61,171 nt of DNA from Deltaproteobacteria bacterium. Lineage in GTDB: Bacteria; Myxococcota_A; Polyangia; Polyangiales; Houyiibacteriaceae. Under the pieces are notes generated by a model, which was not told the DNA's origin, searched no databases, and saw only the letters and a list, made by a program, of their open reading frames with translations. Position 1 is the stretch's first letter. Every line of letters starts with the position of its first letter. The position numbers were made by a program, and so were the translations under genes. The stretch is from positions 1 through 61,171 of the forward strand of contig JAFDAJ010000025.1 in NCBI GenBank assembly GCA_019313915.1. The letters are read 5' to 3'. This document shows, in pieces, positions 40,460-50,776 of the stretch.

Positions 40460-41534
40460 GGCTCTCGAGCTTGAGTACGCCGCGCGGACACATGTGCGCG
40501 CACATCCCGCACCCAACGCATGAGGCACGCGTGAAGCTCTCGTCGGTCTGCGCATACGAGCGAACATCGATGCCCATCTCGCAATACGTGCTGCAGTTGC
40601 CGCACGAGATGCACATGCCGGGCTTCACCTTGATGCGATAGCCGCCCAGCTTTTGCACCAAGCCAAGCACCGCCGCCATCGGGCAGAAGTTGCGGCACCA
40701 CACGCGAGGCCCGAACACCGGATAGAGGCCGGTCCCGATCACCCCGGCCAGAATCGCACCGACGGCAAAGCCGTAGAAGCTCTTGATCGACCAGTCTTGC
40801 CAATGGTCGCCCGCGACGATTCGGTGGAAGAGAGGATGATCCTGGCCGATCTTCCAATCGAGGCCGATGAGGACCGTCGTCGCGATGGCGATGAACAAGA
40901 CCACATGAATGCTCACCTGCTCGAAGCGCCAGGACTTGGTCGACTTGCTAGTCAGGTGTCGCCACGGGTCACCGAATGTGTTGGCCAAGCCGCCGCAGCC
41001 GCAAACCCACGAGCAATACCAGCGTTTCCCATAGAGCACGGCAAGCACCGGCGCGGCGAGGAGCGAACCCACGACGGTGTACAGCGCAAAATACAACGGC
41101 AAGTCCACGAGCGTTTGCGGATACAGATAGTCGTACTTGAGCGGCCAGAAGTACGAGAAGTACAGCTCCTGGCCGCCAAAGAGCGGCATGATGAAAGGCA
41201 GCGTGAACCCGAGCGCGACTTGAATCGCGACGTTCACCGTGATGCGAAACCGATTGTAGCGGCTGTTGCCGTGTCGCTTGAGATAATAGATGCCGCCCGC
41301 GACCATCGCGATCGAGTAGAGGAACCCATAGAGGTACCAGCGATTGCGTAGGCCGGCGGCCTCTGAAAGTGCGGTGAGCGGCGCGACTCCGAAGTGCTCT
41401 TGCACTTTGTGTTCCCAATAGAGAACCACGTAAAACGAGACCAGCAACGCTGACATCGCAAGGCCCACGACGCTGCGGTTGCGCCATCCCTCGCGGTAGG
41501 TCGTCAGCAGCCCGTTTTGTCCCTGCTGATCCAC
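40431..41534 (-). CDS. Membrane-bound 4Fe-4S binding protein (NapH/YccM-like)
   Basis: GKRWYCSWVC, WCRNFCP, CISCGNCSTYC, CVGCGMCAHMCP; multiple TMs. Confidence 0.9.
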   Translation of the reverse strand: MDQQGQNGLLTTYREGWRNRSVVGLAMSALLVSFYVVLYWEHKVQEHFGVAPLTALSEAAGLRNRWYLYGFLYSIAMVAGGIYYLKRHGNSRYNRFRITVNVAIQVALGFTLPFIMPLFGGQELYFSYFWPLKYDYLYPQTLVDLPLYFALYTVVGSLLAAPVLAVLYGKRWYCSWVCGCGGLANTFGDPWRHLTSKSTKSWRFEQVSIHVVLFIAIATTVLIGLDWKIGQDHPLFHRIVAGDHWQDWSIKSFYGFAVGAILAGVIGTGLYPVFGPRVWCRNFCPMAAVLGLVQKLGGYRIKVKPGMCISCGNCSTYCEMGIDVRSYAQTDESFTRASCVGCGMCAHMCPRGVLKLESLTRKRRSTP

Positions 41535-41535
41535 C

Positions 41536-42891
41536 CTATGCCCCCGGAACCTTCAGCCGAGGGACGAGCTCCGTGTCGAACGCGGCGTCGTTCAAGTGAC
41601 CGAGGACCCATCCGAGGCTTCGCTTCTCCTCGATCCAGCGCACGAGCACAGTGTGGTCCCACCGCCGCCCCAACATGTTGAACCCTGCGACATGGTCATC
41701 TTGAACCACGACTCGCGTCGTACTGGATACGCTTCCCTTTTCCTCGAAGAACCAGTCTGTCTCGCGCTCGAGCTCCCAGTTCACCAGGCCTACGGTGGTG
41801 TACTCGATATCCATGAGCTTGGCCGAGTTGTACCAAGTGCCCCGTTGGTACCGCGGCATCTCACCCAACAAGCGCCCGCCCGCGACGCGGCCCTGATCGC
41901 GCGCCGTGTACCAAAGCTGCTCGGGCCGCCGGGTCCCGTCGAACCAGCGCACCGAAGCGCAGTCCCCAGCCGCAAACACGTTAGGTGCGCTCGTATGCAG
42001 GCCCTCGTCGACCACGATACCGCCGCGCTCATCGAGCTCAATCGCCGTATCGGCCAGCCACCCTGTATTGGGCGTCACGCCGATCCCAACCACCACGCAA
42101 TCGCTTTCGTAGCGTCCCACATTGGTTCGCACCGCTGACACATTTCCGTCGGCATCGGTTTCGAGCGCTTCGATCTCATGCTCGAGGTGGACTTCGACAC
42201 CGTGCTGCGCCATGCGTTCACTGATCCAGCTCGATTCCCTCCGATCGAGCGCGATCGGCCAGAACCACTCCTCACGGATGAAGAAATGGGGCCGGAGGCC
42301 GGCTGTGACGGCAACCTCTATGGCTTCGATCCCGATGAGACCCCCGCCGATCACCGCGGGCTTCCGCGCCAGCTGACCGCGACGCTCCGCGGCGACCTCC
42401 CGGAAACGATAAGGCGAGTCGCTGGTGCTTGCGTTCGCATGAGCCCGCGGCCTCGGTGGCCCGCCAGCACGGGATGCGCCGCCGTGTATCTCGCGCTCGT
42501 ACCAATCCAGGTCTTGCAGCGTGACGAAGTGGCCGACCCCGCGCGCCTCGCTTCCGGGCCAGGGCCCCTGACGCGGTCTCGAGCCGGACGCGATCAGCAG
42601 TCGGTCGTACGAAACCGGTTCGTGACCTCCGGCGAACGAGACGCGCCGACTCACGATGTCGATACCCGTCGCCCGTGCACGCACCCGCCGAAAGCTCAGC
42701 CTCTGGTACGCGTCCCGCTCGAGAGGCTCGATGTCGCGGTGGCTCATTTGTCCGCTGAAGACCCACATCAGCGCGGTCCGGGAAAAGAAGTGGTCGCTCT
42801 CCTCCGAAATGAGCGTGATCTCCCAGCTCGGCTCCCGCTTCCGCACGGCGAGCGCAGCCTCCATCCCCGCTACAGCCTCCTTGAAGTCCAC
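41536..42891 (-). CDS. FAD-dependent pyridine nucleotide-disulfide oxidoreductase, N-terminally truncated (possible pseudogene)
   Basis: YDRLLIASG, VIGGGLIGIE, GVTPN, TSAPNVFAAGDC; begins at VAGMEAAL without the preceding xIGxG. Confidence 0.75.
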   Translation of the reverse strand: MDFKEAVAGMEAALAVRKREPSWEITLISEESDHFFSRTALMWVFSGQMSHRDIEPLERDAYQRLSFRRVRARATGIDIVSRRVSFAGGHEPVSYDRLLIASGSRPRQGPWPGSEARGVGHFVTLQDLDWYEREIHGGASRAGGPPRPRAHANASTSDSPYRFREVAAERRGQLARKPAVIGGGLIGIEAIEVAVTAGLRPHFFIREEWFWPIALDRRESSWISERMAQHGVEVHLEHEIEALETDADGNVSAVRTNVGRYESDCVVVGIGVTPNTGWLADTAIELDERGGIVVDEGLHTSAPNVFAAGDCASVRWFDGTRRPEQLWYTARDQGRVAGGRLLGEMPRYQRGTWYNSAKLMDIEYTTVGLVNWELERETDWFFEEKGSVSSTTRVVVQDDHVAGFNMLGRRWDHTVLVRWIEEKRSLGWVLGHLNDAAFDTELVPRLKVPGA

Positions 42892-42946
42892 ACCCCATCT
42901 TTGGCAAATATGGCATTACTGGATTTAATCACTTAGATTGAAAGCC

Positions 42947-44243
42947 ATGCACGAGAATGCAACCAATGCCTTCGTGGCTGGGGTGCTGGTGGGGAAGCCC
43001 ATCTTCCGCGCGCCCGGCATCGTCGTACACGGGGGACTGGACCGCGAAGACCGGGAAGTGGCGGTGATCGTCCTCCAGGCAGTGACGACCGACGGGCAGA
43101 AGCTGAACTTCGAAAACATCGCTCGTTACGCTGACGCCTCCGGCATCGAGATCATCAAGGAAGAGCCCCACGTCATTCTCGCCACGCCGGAACCGAAAGG
43201 GATCTTTCGCGACCTGCCGTGGAGCTCGTGGCGCCTCGAGGAGCGCATCCGGCATTTTCACGAGGTGGCGATCATCGTCCAGCGGTTCCACGCGACCGAC
43301 GTCCCGGTAGGCACGCTCTCCCCGAAGTACATCGCGGTCGACGAAGAGCTCAAGCCGTTCTTCCTAGGTCCGCGCATCGCGCCTCGCAGCGGCGCCTACG
43401 TCCCACCGGAAACCGCGAGCGAACGACGCATCGATCTGCGCTCGGACGTCTACTCGCTTGGGAGGCTTCTCTACTTCGTGGTCGCCGGCGAGGAGCCACC
43501 GCGTGAGGCGCGGGACATCCCCATGCTCGAAGAGCTAGGAGGCTACCCGGCCGGCCTCGTACGGATCATTCGCAAAGCGACGTGCCAAAAGCCTGACGAT
43601 CGATACCGGTACGTCGACGAGCTCCTGACGGACCTCGATCGGTACCGGGAACACGCCGATGTCGGCATGTTGCACCCCGAAGTGGACGATCGAAACACGG
43701 GCATCCTGAGCGTTGTTCCCGATGCCCCGAAAGAACCGGAGCCAAAGGCCGCACCCGAAACCGTAGTCCCCACAAAACAACAGGCAAAGGCAACCTTCAC
43801 GGCGAGTCCGTTGAAGCTGCAGTGGCTGTTCCGCGGGATAGGGCTAGCGATAGCGTTCGCCGGCATCGCGTTTCTCGTCAGCGACTATCTCGATGCGCAA
43901 GCAAGCTTGCGGGCGCTAACGCCTCAGGAGTCGGGCGAGCTCTCGAGCTTCGTGAGCGAAGCCTCCGTGTCCGATGGGTATCCCCCTGCGTTGTTCGCCC
44001 AGGTCGACGAGTCCTGGGAGCTCTTGTCCACCGAACGCCGGCAGGAAGAGGCCGAGGCCCTGTTCGAGTCGGCTAGTGCCCGTCTAGGAACGCAGGACGG
44101 ATTCATCCATCGTGGCAGGGCACTCGTGGCCCAGCGGTGGCAAAACGAGGTGACCGTGTTCGGCAGCCTTCAGGGCACTCGTGGCCCAGCGGTGGCAAAA
44201 CGAGGTGACCGTGTTCGGCAGCCTTCACGGAGATACAGAATGA
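42947..44243 (+). CDS. Membrane-anchored Ser/Thr pseudokinase; natural stop bypassed by a 55-bp duplication
   Basis: Kinase C-lobe [24 protein letters not shown]; no HRD or DFG; [17 protein letters not shown]; with one repeat copy removed it ends FGSLHGDTE* at TGA 44241-44243. Confidence 0.75.
44116..44225. repeat. Exact 55-bp tandem duplication
   Basis: CAGGGCACTCGTGGCCCAGCGGTGGCAAAACGAGGTGACCGTGTTCGGCAGCCTT at 44116-44170 and 44171-44225. Confidence 0.95.
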
Positions 44244-44650
44244 ACATCAAAGCTCAGGCCTCGAGACAGCGCCAGCGCCGAGATGGCTACACGCTCGTGG
44301 ACATGATGATCGTCATTCTGATCATGGGCATCCTCGGAAGCGTCGGGCTCAATCAGTACAACAAGTACATCGCCCGGGCGAAGCGGCCCGAGACGATCAT
44401 GGCCTTCCGTGCGATCGCCGCCTCTCAGCGAGAGTACCTGCTCACACATGGCAGATATGCCGGCACCTTCGCGGAGCTTGGATTCAACATGGAAAGCGGC
44501 GCGAAGGTCTCGCCGACCGAAATCCAGGGGTACACCTACAACTATCGAATCCTCCAGGACGACGGGCCTCGGTCTTGGTATGTGGTCGCAACCGGGAATA
44601 TCGACGGGGATGGGTTCCCGGACATCATTGCTGCGAGCAATCCCCGATAA
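44240..44650 (+). CDS. Type IV pilin-like protein (136 aa) with non-canonical G|YTLVD prepilin site
   Basis: Basic leader [16 protein letters not shown], then [32 protein letters not shown]; ATGA overlap. Confidence 0.85.
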   Translation: MNIKAQASRQRQRRDGYTLVDMMIVILIMGILGSVGLNQYNKYIARAKRPETIMAFRAIAASQREYLLTHGRYAGTFAELGFNMESGAKVSPTEIQGYTYNYRILQDDGPRSWYVVATGNIDGDGFPDIIAASNPR

Positions 44651-44676
44651 ACTGAACGGTTGGTAAGGTACCCCAC

Positions 44677-44704
44677 TTGAGGACTGTAAATTTATTCCTA
44701 TACT
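44677..44704 (+). promoter_or_regulatory. Promoter of the secreted GN-rich protein
   Basis: TTGAGG-N16-TATACT in an AT-rich spacer; AAGGGG RBS before ATG 44728. Confidence 0.5.
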
Positions 44705-44727
44705 GAAACTTGAAAGGGGCATCTGAA

Positions 44728-45144
<417 letters not shown>

Positions 45145-45167
45145 CGTCGTCGCTGGCTGAAACAACA

Positions 45168-45194
45168 GGAAGGGCGCCCTGCGGGGCGCCTTCT
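45168..45194. terminator. Hairpin between convergent genes
   Basis: GAAGG(G)CGCCC..GGGCGCCTTC GC-rich stem with one bulge. Confidence 0.45.
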
Positions 45195-45198
45195 CCGT

Positions 45199-46815
45199 TT
45201 AAGGGGCGGGGTCGATGAGCACGCCGGGGTTCATCACGGCACCTGGGTCGAGCGCGCCCTTGACCGCGCGGAGCGCGTCCCCGAACAACGCCGGGCGTTG
45301 CTTCTCGTACCACGGACGATGGACCCGGCCGACCGCGTGGTGATGGGTGATGGTGCCGCCGTGGCTGATTACCGCGTCGGAAGCGGCCTGCTTGATCGTC
45401 ATCCATTGATCGAGCTCTGCGCCGTGCCGCCCGGGCGCGATGAACGTGAAGTACGGCGCCGGCCCATCGGGATACACGTGCGTGAAACGGCAGCTGATGA
45501 AGCCCTTGCCGCACGCGTCCTTCATCGCTTGGCGCACGTCGCGGACGACGCCCGTGTGCAAGCGTTCGAAGTTGTCCCAGGTGCATGCGGTCTCGAAGGT
45601 GTCCACGATGATGCCCATGCTCGCCATGATGTTCAGGAGATAGGGCGCCTCGAGGAAGGCATCGCGCCATACCCCGGCGCCGTCGCTGTCCCCGCTACGC
45701 TCGCCGCCCTCCCGATACACGGGCCCTTTGGGACACGTGCCGCCATGGTCGGCGACGAGCTCGAGCGCTCGCTCCATCCACACCTGGACCGAATGATCGG
45801 CAGACTCGAACGCCACCACCAGCACGTGCGTCCCGTCCATCGTCACTGCGTTGAGAGCGGCCTCGCGCTTGTCGAGGAGCCGGCAATTGCTCGGATAGAG
45901 CCCGGACTGCGAGAGCGCTCTAACCGCTTCGACGGCCGCCCCGTAGTCGGTGAAGTGCGCGGTCGCCGTCGCGCGAAACACCGGCCGGGGGCGCACCCGC
46001 ATCCAGGCTTCGGTGATGACACCGAAAATCCCCTCGGAGCCCACCATGAGCCGATCCGGGCTCGGTCCTGCTCCAGACCCTGGGAGCCGTCGCGACTCCC
46101 ACACGCCCTTCGGAGTGATCGCCCGCGTCGACTGAACCAGGTCGTCGATGTGCGTGTACACGGTCGCAAAATGGCCGCCCGCGCGCGTCGCAACCCAACC
46201 GCCGAGGGTCGAGAACTCGAAGGACTGCGGGAAGTGGCGAAGGGTGAGCCCCTGCTCGGCAAGCTGCGCTTCCAATCCGGGCCCGGTCGCACCCGCTTGG
46301 ATGCGAGCGGACAAGGAGCTCCGTTCGACTTCGACGACCCGATCGAGACGCCCCAGATCTAGGCTCAGCACGGCGCGGTAGCGATCATCCACATCGCCCT
46401 CGACGCCGCCGACCACACTGGTTCCGCCGCCAAACGGAATAACCGCGACCTTCGCATCGCTCGCCCAGTCGAGTATGGCGGTGATCTCCGCTTCGCTTCC
46501 CGGCGTCGCGACCAGATCGGGCGCGGGGGAAAAATCCCCACGAAAACCACGGACGATGTCGCGATAGCTCTTGCCGTACGTACGCCGGACCCGTGCCTCG
46601 TGCTCGTTGTTCACGAAGCCCGCTAGGACCGAAGGCGCGCTCACGCGGGGCGCGCGGAGCTCGATCGACTCGAGCGATGGAGGCTCGTCGCACCGCTCGG
46701 GAGCGAAGCCCACCATCAACTGGGCATGCTTCCCAGTGGCCTTCCGGGTCGTCGCGTCAGGGAACTTGTCCGCCCAGCCCCATCCCCAGAAGCTCCGCTT
46801 TCGTGTGTCGTTCAT
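45199..46815 (-). CDS. FAD-linked oxidase, alkyl-DHAP synthase-like
   Basis: FWGWG, PFGGGTSVVGG, HFPQSFEFSTLGGW, GSEGIFG, THVYPDG, HHHAVG. Confidence 0.88.
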   Translation of the reverse strand: MNDTRKRSFWGWGWADKFPDATTRKATGKHAQLMVGFAPERCDEPPSLESIELRAPRVSAPSVLAGFVNNEHEARVRRTYGKSYRDIVRGFRGDFSPAPDLVATPGSEAEITAILDWASDAKVAVIPFGGGTSVVGGVEGDVDDRYRAVLSLDLGRLDRVVEVERSSLSARIQAGATGPGLEAQLAEQGLTLRHFPQSFEFSTLGGWVATRAGGHFATVYTHIDDLVQSTRAITPKGVWESRRLPGSGAGPSPDRLMVGSEGIFGVITEAWMRVRPRPVFRATATAHFTDYGAAVEAVRALSQSGLYPSNCRLLDKREAALNAVTMDGTHVLVVAFESADHSVQVWMERALELVADHGGTCPKGPVYREGGERSGDSDGAGVWRDAFLEAPYLLNIMASMGIIVDTFETACTWDNFERLHTGVVRDVRQAMKDACGKGFISCRFTHVYPDGPAPYFTFIAPGRHGAELDQWMTIKQAASDAVISHGGTITHHHAVGRVHRPWYEKQRPALFGDALRAVKGALDPGAVMNPGVLIDPAP

Positions 46816-46892
46816 CGGGGGGCACCGTTCGCCATGGCGCCACCCTCTGCAAGCGGCTTGACGGACCCTCCGATCGGGGCTTCCCTCCGCGC

Positions 46893-47720
46893 ATGTCTTT
46901 CCCGCAACCGCTTCGCGCGGTCGTCACCGGAGCCGGCAGTGGTTTGGGCCGCGCATTGGCACTCGACCTCGCGCGGCGCGGCGCCTCGCTGATCATCTCT
47001 GATATCGACCCCTCCTCCGCAGAGCAGACCGCGGAGCTGGTTCGAGGGCGGCAAGCGCAGGCCGAGGTCATCCCGTGCGACGTCACCGACCGCGATGCGG
47101 TATTCGCGCTCATCGAGGAGACCGAAAAGCGTCTGGGTGGCATCGACCTCATCGCCAACAACGCCGGCGTCGCGGTCGGCGGACCCTTCGACGAGATCTC
47201 GATCGAGGACTGGCGCTGGGCGGTCGACATCAATCTCTGGGGTGTGATCTACGGCTGTCAGGCGGCGGTTCCCAAGATGCGGGCGCAAGGCCGCGGCTAC
47301 ATCCTCAACGTCGCGTCGGCTGCGGGCCTCTTGGCTCCTCCAAGCATGTCTGCCTACAACGTGACCAAGGCAGGCGTCGTGTCCCTGAGTGAGACACTAT
47401 TCGCCGAATACAAATCCGAAGGCATTCGGGTGGCGGTGCTTTGCCCGACGTTCTTCCGTACGAACATCGTCGAAGCGGGGCGAGGCGCTAGCACGGACAA
47501 GGAGGACGCCCAGATCATCCGATGGATGGAACGCTCCAAAGTGCAAGCACCTGATGTAGCCAAGGGCGCCATCGACTCGGTGCGGGACGGCAAGCTCTAC
47601 GCGCAACCGATGCGAGACGGGCGGATGGCGTGGCGCCTCAAGCGAACCTCCCCTCAACGTTTCTACGAGTCGATGAGCAGGGCGCACCAAAAATTCCTAA
47701 AAGGTCGCAACAAGCACTAA
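46893..47720 (+). CDS. Short-chain dehydrogenase/reductase
   Basis: TGAGSGLG, NNAG, S..YNVTK. Confidence 0.92.
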   Translation: MSFPQPLRAVVTGAGSGLGRALALDLARRGASLIISDIDPSSAEQTAELVRGRQAQAEVIPCDVTDRDAVFALIEETEKRLGGIDLIANNAGVAVGGPFDEISIEDWRWAVDINLWGVIYGCQAAVPKMRAQGRGYILNVASAAGLLAPPSMSAYNVTKAGVVSLSETLFAEYKSEGIRVAVLCPTFFRTNIVEAGRGASTDKEDAQIIRWMERSKVQAPDVAKGAIDSVRDGKLYAQPMRDGRMAWRLKRTSPQRFYESMSRAHQKFLKGRNKH

Positions 47721-47762
47721 TTGACCAAGGAAGCTCGACGCTGCTATCCCCCGCCGACGCCC

Positions 47763-48599
47763 ATGCGACCCACCTCCACCTGGCTTCTGACACTCACGCT
47801 GCTCTGGGCAGCTGCGCCCACGACCCCGGCAAGCGCTGAGGACGCCATCACCGACGTTTCAGAGACTGCCGAGGTCGAAGCGCCGGTGGCCGCCGCAGTG
47901 ATCCAGGAAGAGCCCGATGTCGGCAGCCGCGATGCGCTCGTCTACAACGCCGAAATCCTAGACGAGCTGCTGGAGCGATCGACGAAAGAGACGATCAAGG
48001 AGCAGAAGTTCGCTGCCGCCGCCGGCATCTTAGGGGGCGGGATCCTGCTCGGCGTCGGTAGCTGGCGTCTCATTGAAAATGAACCCGATAGCCAATATTC
48101 GCGGGGCCTTGGCGTGATGTTCATGACGCTCGGCATGGTCGATCTCACCGCGGGCGTTTTCGCGATGACTCGCGTCGCGCACGAGAAGCGTCGGCTCGAT
48201 CGCTGGGAGCGAGTGCGCGAGGACGGCATCACCGAGCTCGAGCTAGCGCACTTTGAAGGCGAGCTGCAGGCCGCCCATGAAACTCGCGAGGGCGAGCGCC
48301 TGTTGGTGCGCTGGGTCAGCTTCACCCATGCGCTGGCTGGCCTCTTGGTCCTCGCGTACACCCCTATTCCCGACGGCACGACCCAAAACGACCGCGTGTC
48401 GGGCTACGTCATCGGCGCGATTTTCACCGTGGCAGGCACCGCCACCTTTGCGGCCTCGTTTCGCAAGACCCCAAGCGAAAAGGCTTGGGAGCAGTACAAC
48501 ATGCGCAAGATTCCAACGCCCGGGCACGAGTTCACCTGGGGAGTCGCCCCGTCGATTTCCAGGCGGGGTGCCGGCCTTTCGTTTGGCGGCACGTTCTAG
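47763..48599 (+). CDS. Hypothetical exported membrane protein
   Basis: Signal peptide, about four hydrophobic segments, C-terminal GLSFGGTF; TTGACC-N18-TATCCC upstream. Confidence 0.7.
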   Translation: MRPTSTWLLTLTLLWAAAPTTPASAEDAITDVSETAEVEAPVAAAVIQEEPDVGSRDALVYNAEILDELLERSTKETIKEQKFAAAAGILGGGILLGVGSWRLIENEPDSQYSRGLGVMFMTLGMVDLTAGVFAMTRVAHEKRRLDRWERVREDGITELELAHFEGELQAAHETREGERLLVRWVSFTHALAGLLVLAYTPIPDGTTQNDRVSGYVIGAIFTVAGTATFAASFRKTPSEKAWEQYNMRKIPTPGHEFTWGVAPSISRRGAGLSFGGTF

Positions 48600-48647
48600 C
48601 CGCAACCGGCTTGCACGGCGGCCCGCACAGCGAGTAGGAAGCCCCCT

Positions 48648-49391
48648 ATGGAGCTCGACCAACTCAAAGTCATCATCACTGGCGGTGCCTCCGGGCTCGG
48701 AGAGCACTTCGCCAAACAGCTTCTCGCCGCAGGCGCTCAAGTCGCCGTGGGCGATGTCAACGAAGAAGGCCTCGCCGCCCTTCCCGAGGGCATTCACCGT
48801 CGCAAGCTCAACGTCGCCGATCAAGACGACATCGCGAGCTTCGTTCCGTGGGCCGCCGAGCAAATGGGCGGTCTCAACGGGCTCATCAACAACGCCGGCA
48901 TCATCCGCGACGGCCTGTGGGTCGGCAAGAGCCGCAAGACCGGCGAGATCCGGCGGATGTCCCGTGAGGATTGGGACCTGGTCATCGCGATCAATCTCAC
49001 GGGCGCCGTCCTGATGGTGCAAGAGGTCGTCGCGCACATGATCGAGAACGGCGCGCCGGGCGTCATCGTGAACATCTCGTCGGTCGCGCGTCACGGCAAC
49101 CGAGGTCAAACCAACTACGTCGCGGCAAAGGCCGCCCTCGCCGCCAACACGCGCACCTGGATGAAGGAGTTCGCTCCATACGGCATCCGGGTCGCCGCGG
49201 TGGCTCCGGGCGCCACCGAAACCTCGATGACGGCCGGAATGAACCAGAAGGCGCTCGACATGATCCGCGCGTCGATTCCGCTCGGCCGCATGGGACAGCC
49301 CGAGGACATCTGGCGCGCAGTGAAGTTCATCTTCGAGTGCGACTACTTCACCGGCGAAACGATCGACGTGGCCGGCGGCGCCACGCTCTGA
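48648..49391 (+). CDS. FabG-like short-chain dehydrogenase
   Basis: TGGASGLG, NNAGIIRDG, GQTNYVAAK, IPLGRMG. Confidence 0.9.
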   Translation: MELDQLKVIITGGASGLGEHFAKQLLAAGAQVAVGDVNEEGLAALPEGIHRRKLNVADQDDIASFVPWAAEQMGGLNGLINNAGIIRDGLWVGKSRKTGEIRRMSREDWDLVIAINLTGAVLMVQEVVAHMIENGAPGVIVNISSVARHGNRGQTNYVAAKAALAANTRTWMKEFAPYGIRVAAVAPGATETSMTAGMNQKALDMIRASIPLGRMGQPEDIWRAVKFIFECDYFTGETIDVAGGATL

Positions 49392-49724
49392 TCAGCCGAG
49401 CATCCGCATGATGGCGCGATGCGCGAAATAGCCAACCGGCAACAACGCGCATCCCAATGCATACGCGCCCCAAAACGAAAAGCGGTCGCGCATCAGAAAC
49501 GGGATGAAGAACAAGATCGTGATCGGGAGCGCCACCAGGATGCTGCGGGCCATCTGGAATGCGCTGTCGGCGTCCCTGTGCTGCAGGTACGCAAGCGGAA
49601 GCACGAGCAGCGTCGCCAAAGGCAGCGCGATCACGAAACCGGCGGTGACAGGATATCGTCGCGAAAGCCACGCTGCGACGCCGATGGCGAGCGCCGACAC
49701 GAGCGTGTTCAGGACGATGAGCAT
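49392..49724 (-). CDS. Small four-TM membrane protein (DUF3147-like)
   Basis: LSRRYPVTAGFVIALPL; hydrophobic throughout. Confidence 0.7.
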   Translation of the reverse strand: MLIVLNTLVSALAIGVAAWLSRRYPVTAGFVIALPLATLLVLPLAYLQHRDADSAFQMARSILVALPITILFFIPFLMRDRFSFWGAYALGCALLPVGYFAHRAIMRMLG

Positions 49725-49743
49725 GTTGTCCTGCCCGCGTTGA

Positions 49744-50676
49744 TCACTCGCTGAGGTCGCTGAAGAAGTACTCGATCTGGTCGAGGTATCGCGCTGCGCG
49801 ACGCCGGGCGATGGCGTTCGACAAGCGCGCCTCGGGGAGCACGTCGCCCGCGTCGATCACCTCTTGCAGCAGCTCCCTGAAGAGCTTGTGGTCACCGATG
49901 TTCACCGCGTAGTAGCGCGCCATGCTCGTCTGAACCATCAGGTTCCGGCGTTCGGTCTTCTCGAGCACGTCGTCGAGAATCAGCTTTGCAGCGTCCATGT
50001 CGGGCGGAAACTCCGAGGCCGCGAGCACGCCCATGGTCATCTTGCCGATCATGAACATGAAGTCGGGATCGAGCGCGACGGAACGATTGAGGATCACTTT
50101 GGCGAGCGGGAGGTCCGCGACGGTGTCCATGTCCTCCATGCCCATGTTGATCCGGGCGCCGAGGGACGCACCTGCCCAGAGCAGGATGGCCGCGTCCTTC
50201 TTTTCGACGAGCACGGTGTCGACCCAGGCCTGCAGGGTGTCGACGCCGCCCTTGAGGGCATCATCAAAACCCGCGTCCCGGTTGCGCAAGAAGTGCTTCG
50301 AGAGCTCCCATGCCCGCGTGTACATGACCAGCGCCCTGCGCCGCAGGTGCTCGGCCTCTTCCCAGTCATCTTCGATGTCAGCGACCTCGACGCGGTCCTC
50401 GATCCAGCCGGTGCCGTACCCGACGTACGCGCCGACGAGCGACATCCCTATCACCTCGTTGTCCGGAACGACCCGCAGTATGCCTTCCAACTGAATGATG
50501 CTGGCCGGAAAAGACTTCCCGACGAGCACATAGTCCCAGTGCTGCTCGATCCCGGGCGCCGCCCGCCCGAACAGCTCAGCAGTCGAATCGGCAGCCAACT
50601 TCGCCGTGTCGCAGCCGCCAAGCATCAAGAGCCCTGCTGCCAGAACACCGATCCCGAAACCTCTCCAGTGCCACAT
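49744..50676 (-). CDS. TRAP transporter T-component (TatT-like) lipoprotein
   Basis: Lipobox LGGC; PASIIQLEGIL..PDN, RSVALDPDF, SNAIARRRAARYL. Confidence 0.75.
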   Translation of the reverse strand: MWHWRGFGIGVLAAGLLMLGGCDTAKLAADSTAELFGRAAPGIEQHWDYVLVGKSFPASIIQLEGILRVVPDNEVIGMSLVGAYVGYGTGWIEDRVEVADIEDDWEEAEHLRRRALVMYTRAWELSKHFLRNRDAGFDDALKGGVDTLQAWVDTVLVEKKDAAILLWAGASLGARINMGMEDMDTVADLPLAKVILNRSVALDPDFMFMIGKMTMGVLAASEFPPDMDAAKLILDDVLEKTERRNLMVQTSMARYYAVNIGDHKLFRELLQEVIDAGDVLPEARLSNAIARRRAARYLDQIEYFFSDLSE

Positions 50677-50717
50677 AGCGCGAAAGTGAACCGGAATCCG
50701 CCCCCCAACACAAGCCA

Positions 50718-50740
50718 AAAAAGGGGACAGTCCCCTTTTT
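50718..50740. repeat. Perfect palindrome AAAAAGGGGAC-A-GTCCCCTTTTT (REP-like)
   Basis: 11-bp arms with a 1-nt centre, between divergent genes. Confidence 0.8.
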
Positions 50741-50776
50741 GAAGGCGTTAAGTCGCGGACACTGCCCCTGGCGAGA

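Noticed and set aside
42901-42930. Sigma-54 promoter (TGGCA motifs)
   Set aside because: GG-to-GC spacing is 8 nt rather than the required 10.
44116-44227. Possible CRISPR array
   Set aside because: Two abutting copies with no spacer and no cas genes.
42938-44650. 570-aa kinase-pilin fusion as a genuine evolved protein
   Set aside because: It depends entirely on an exact 55-bp duplication; a buried prepilin leader and the ATGA overlap indicate two genes.
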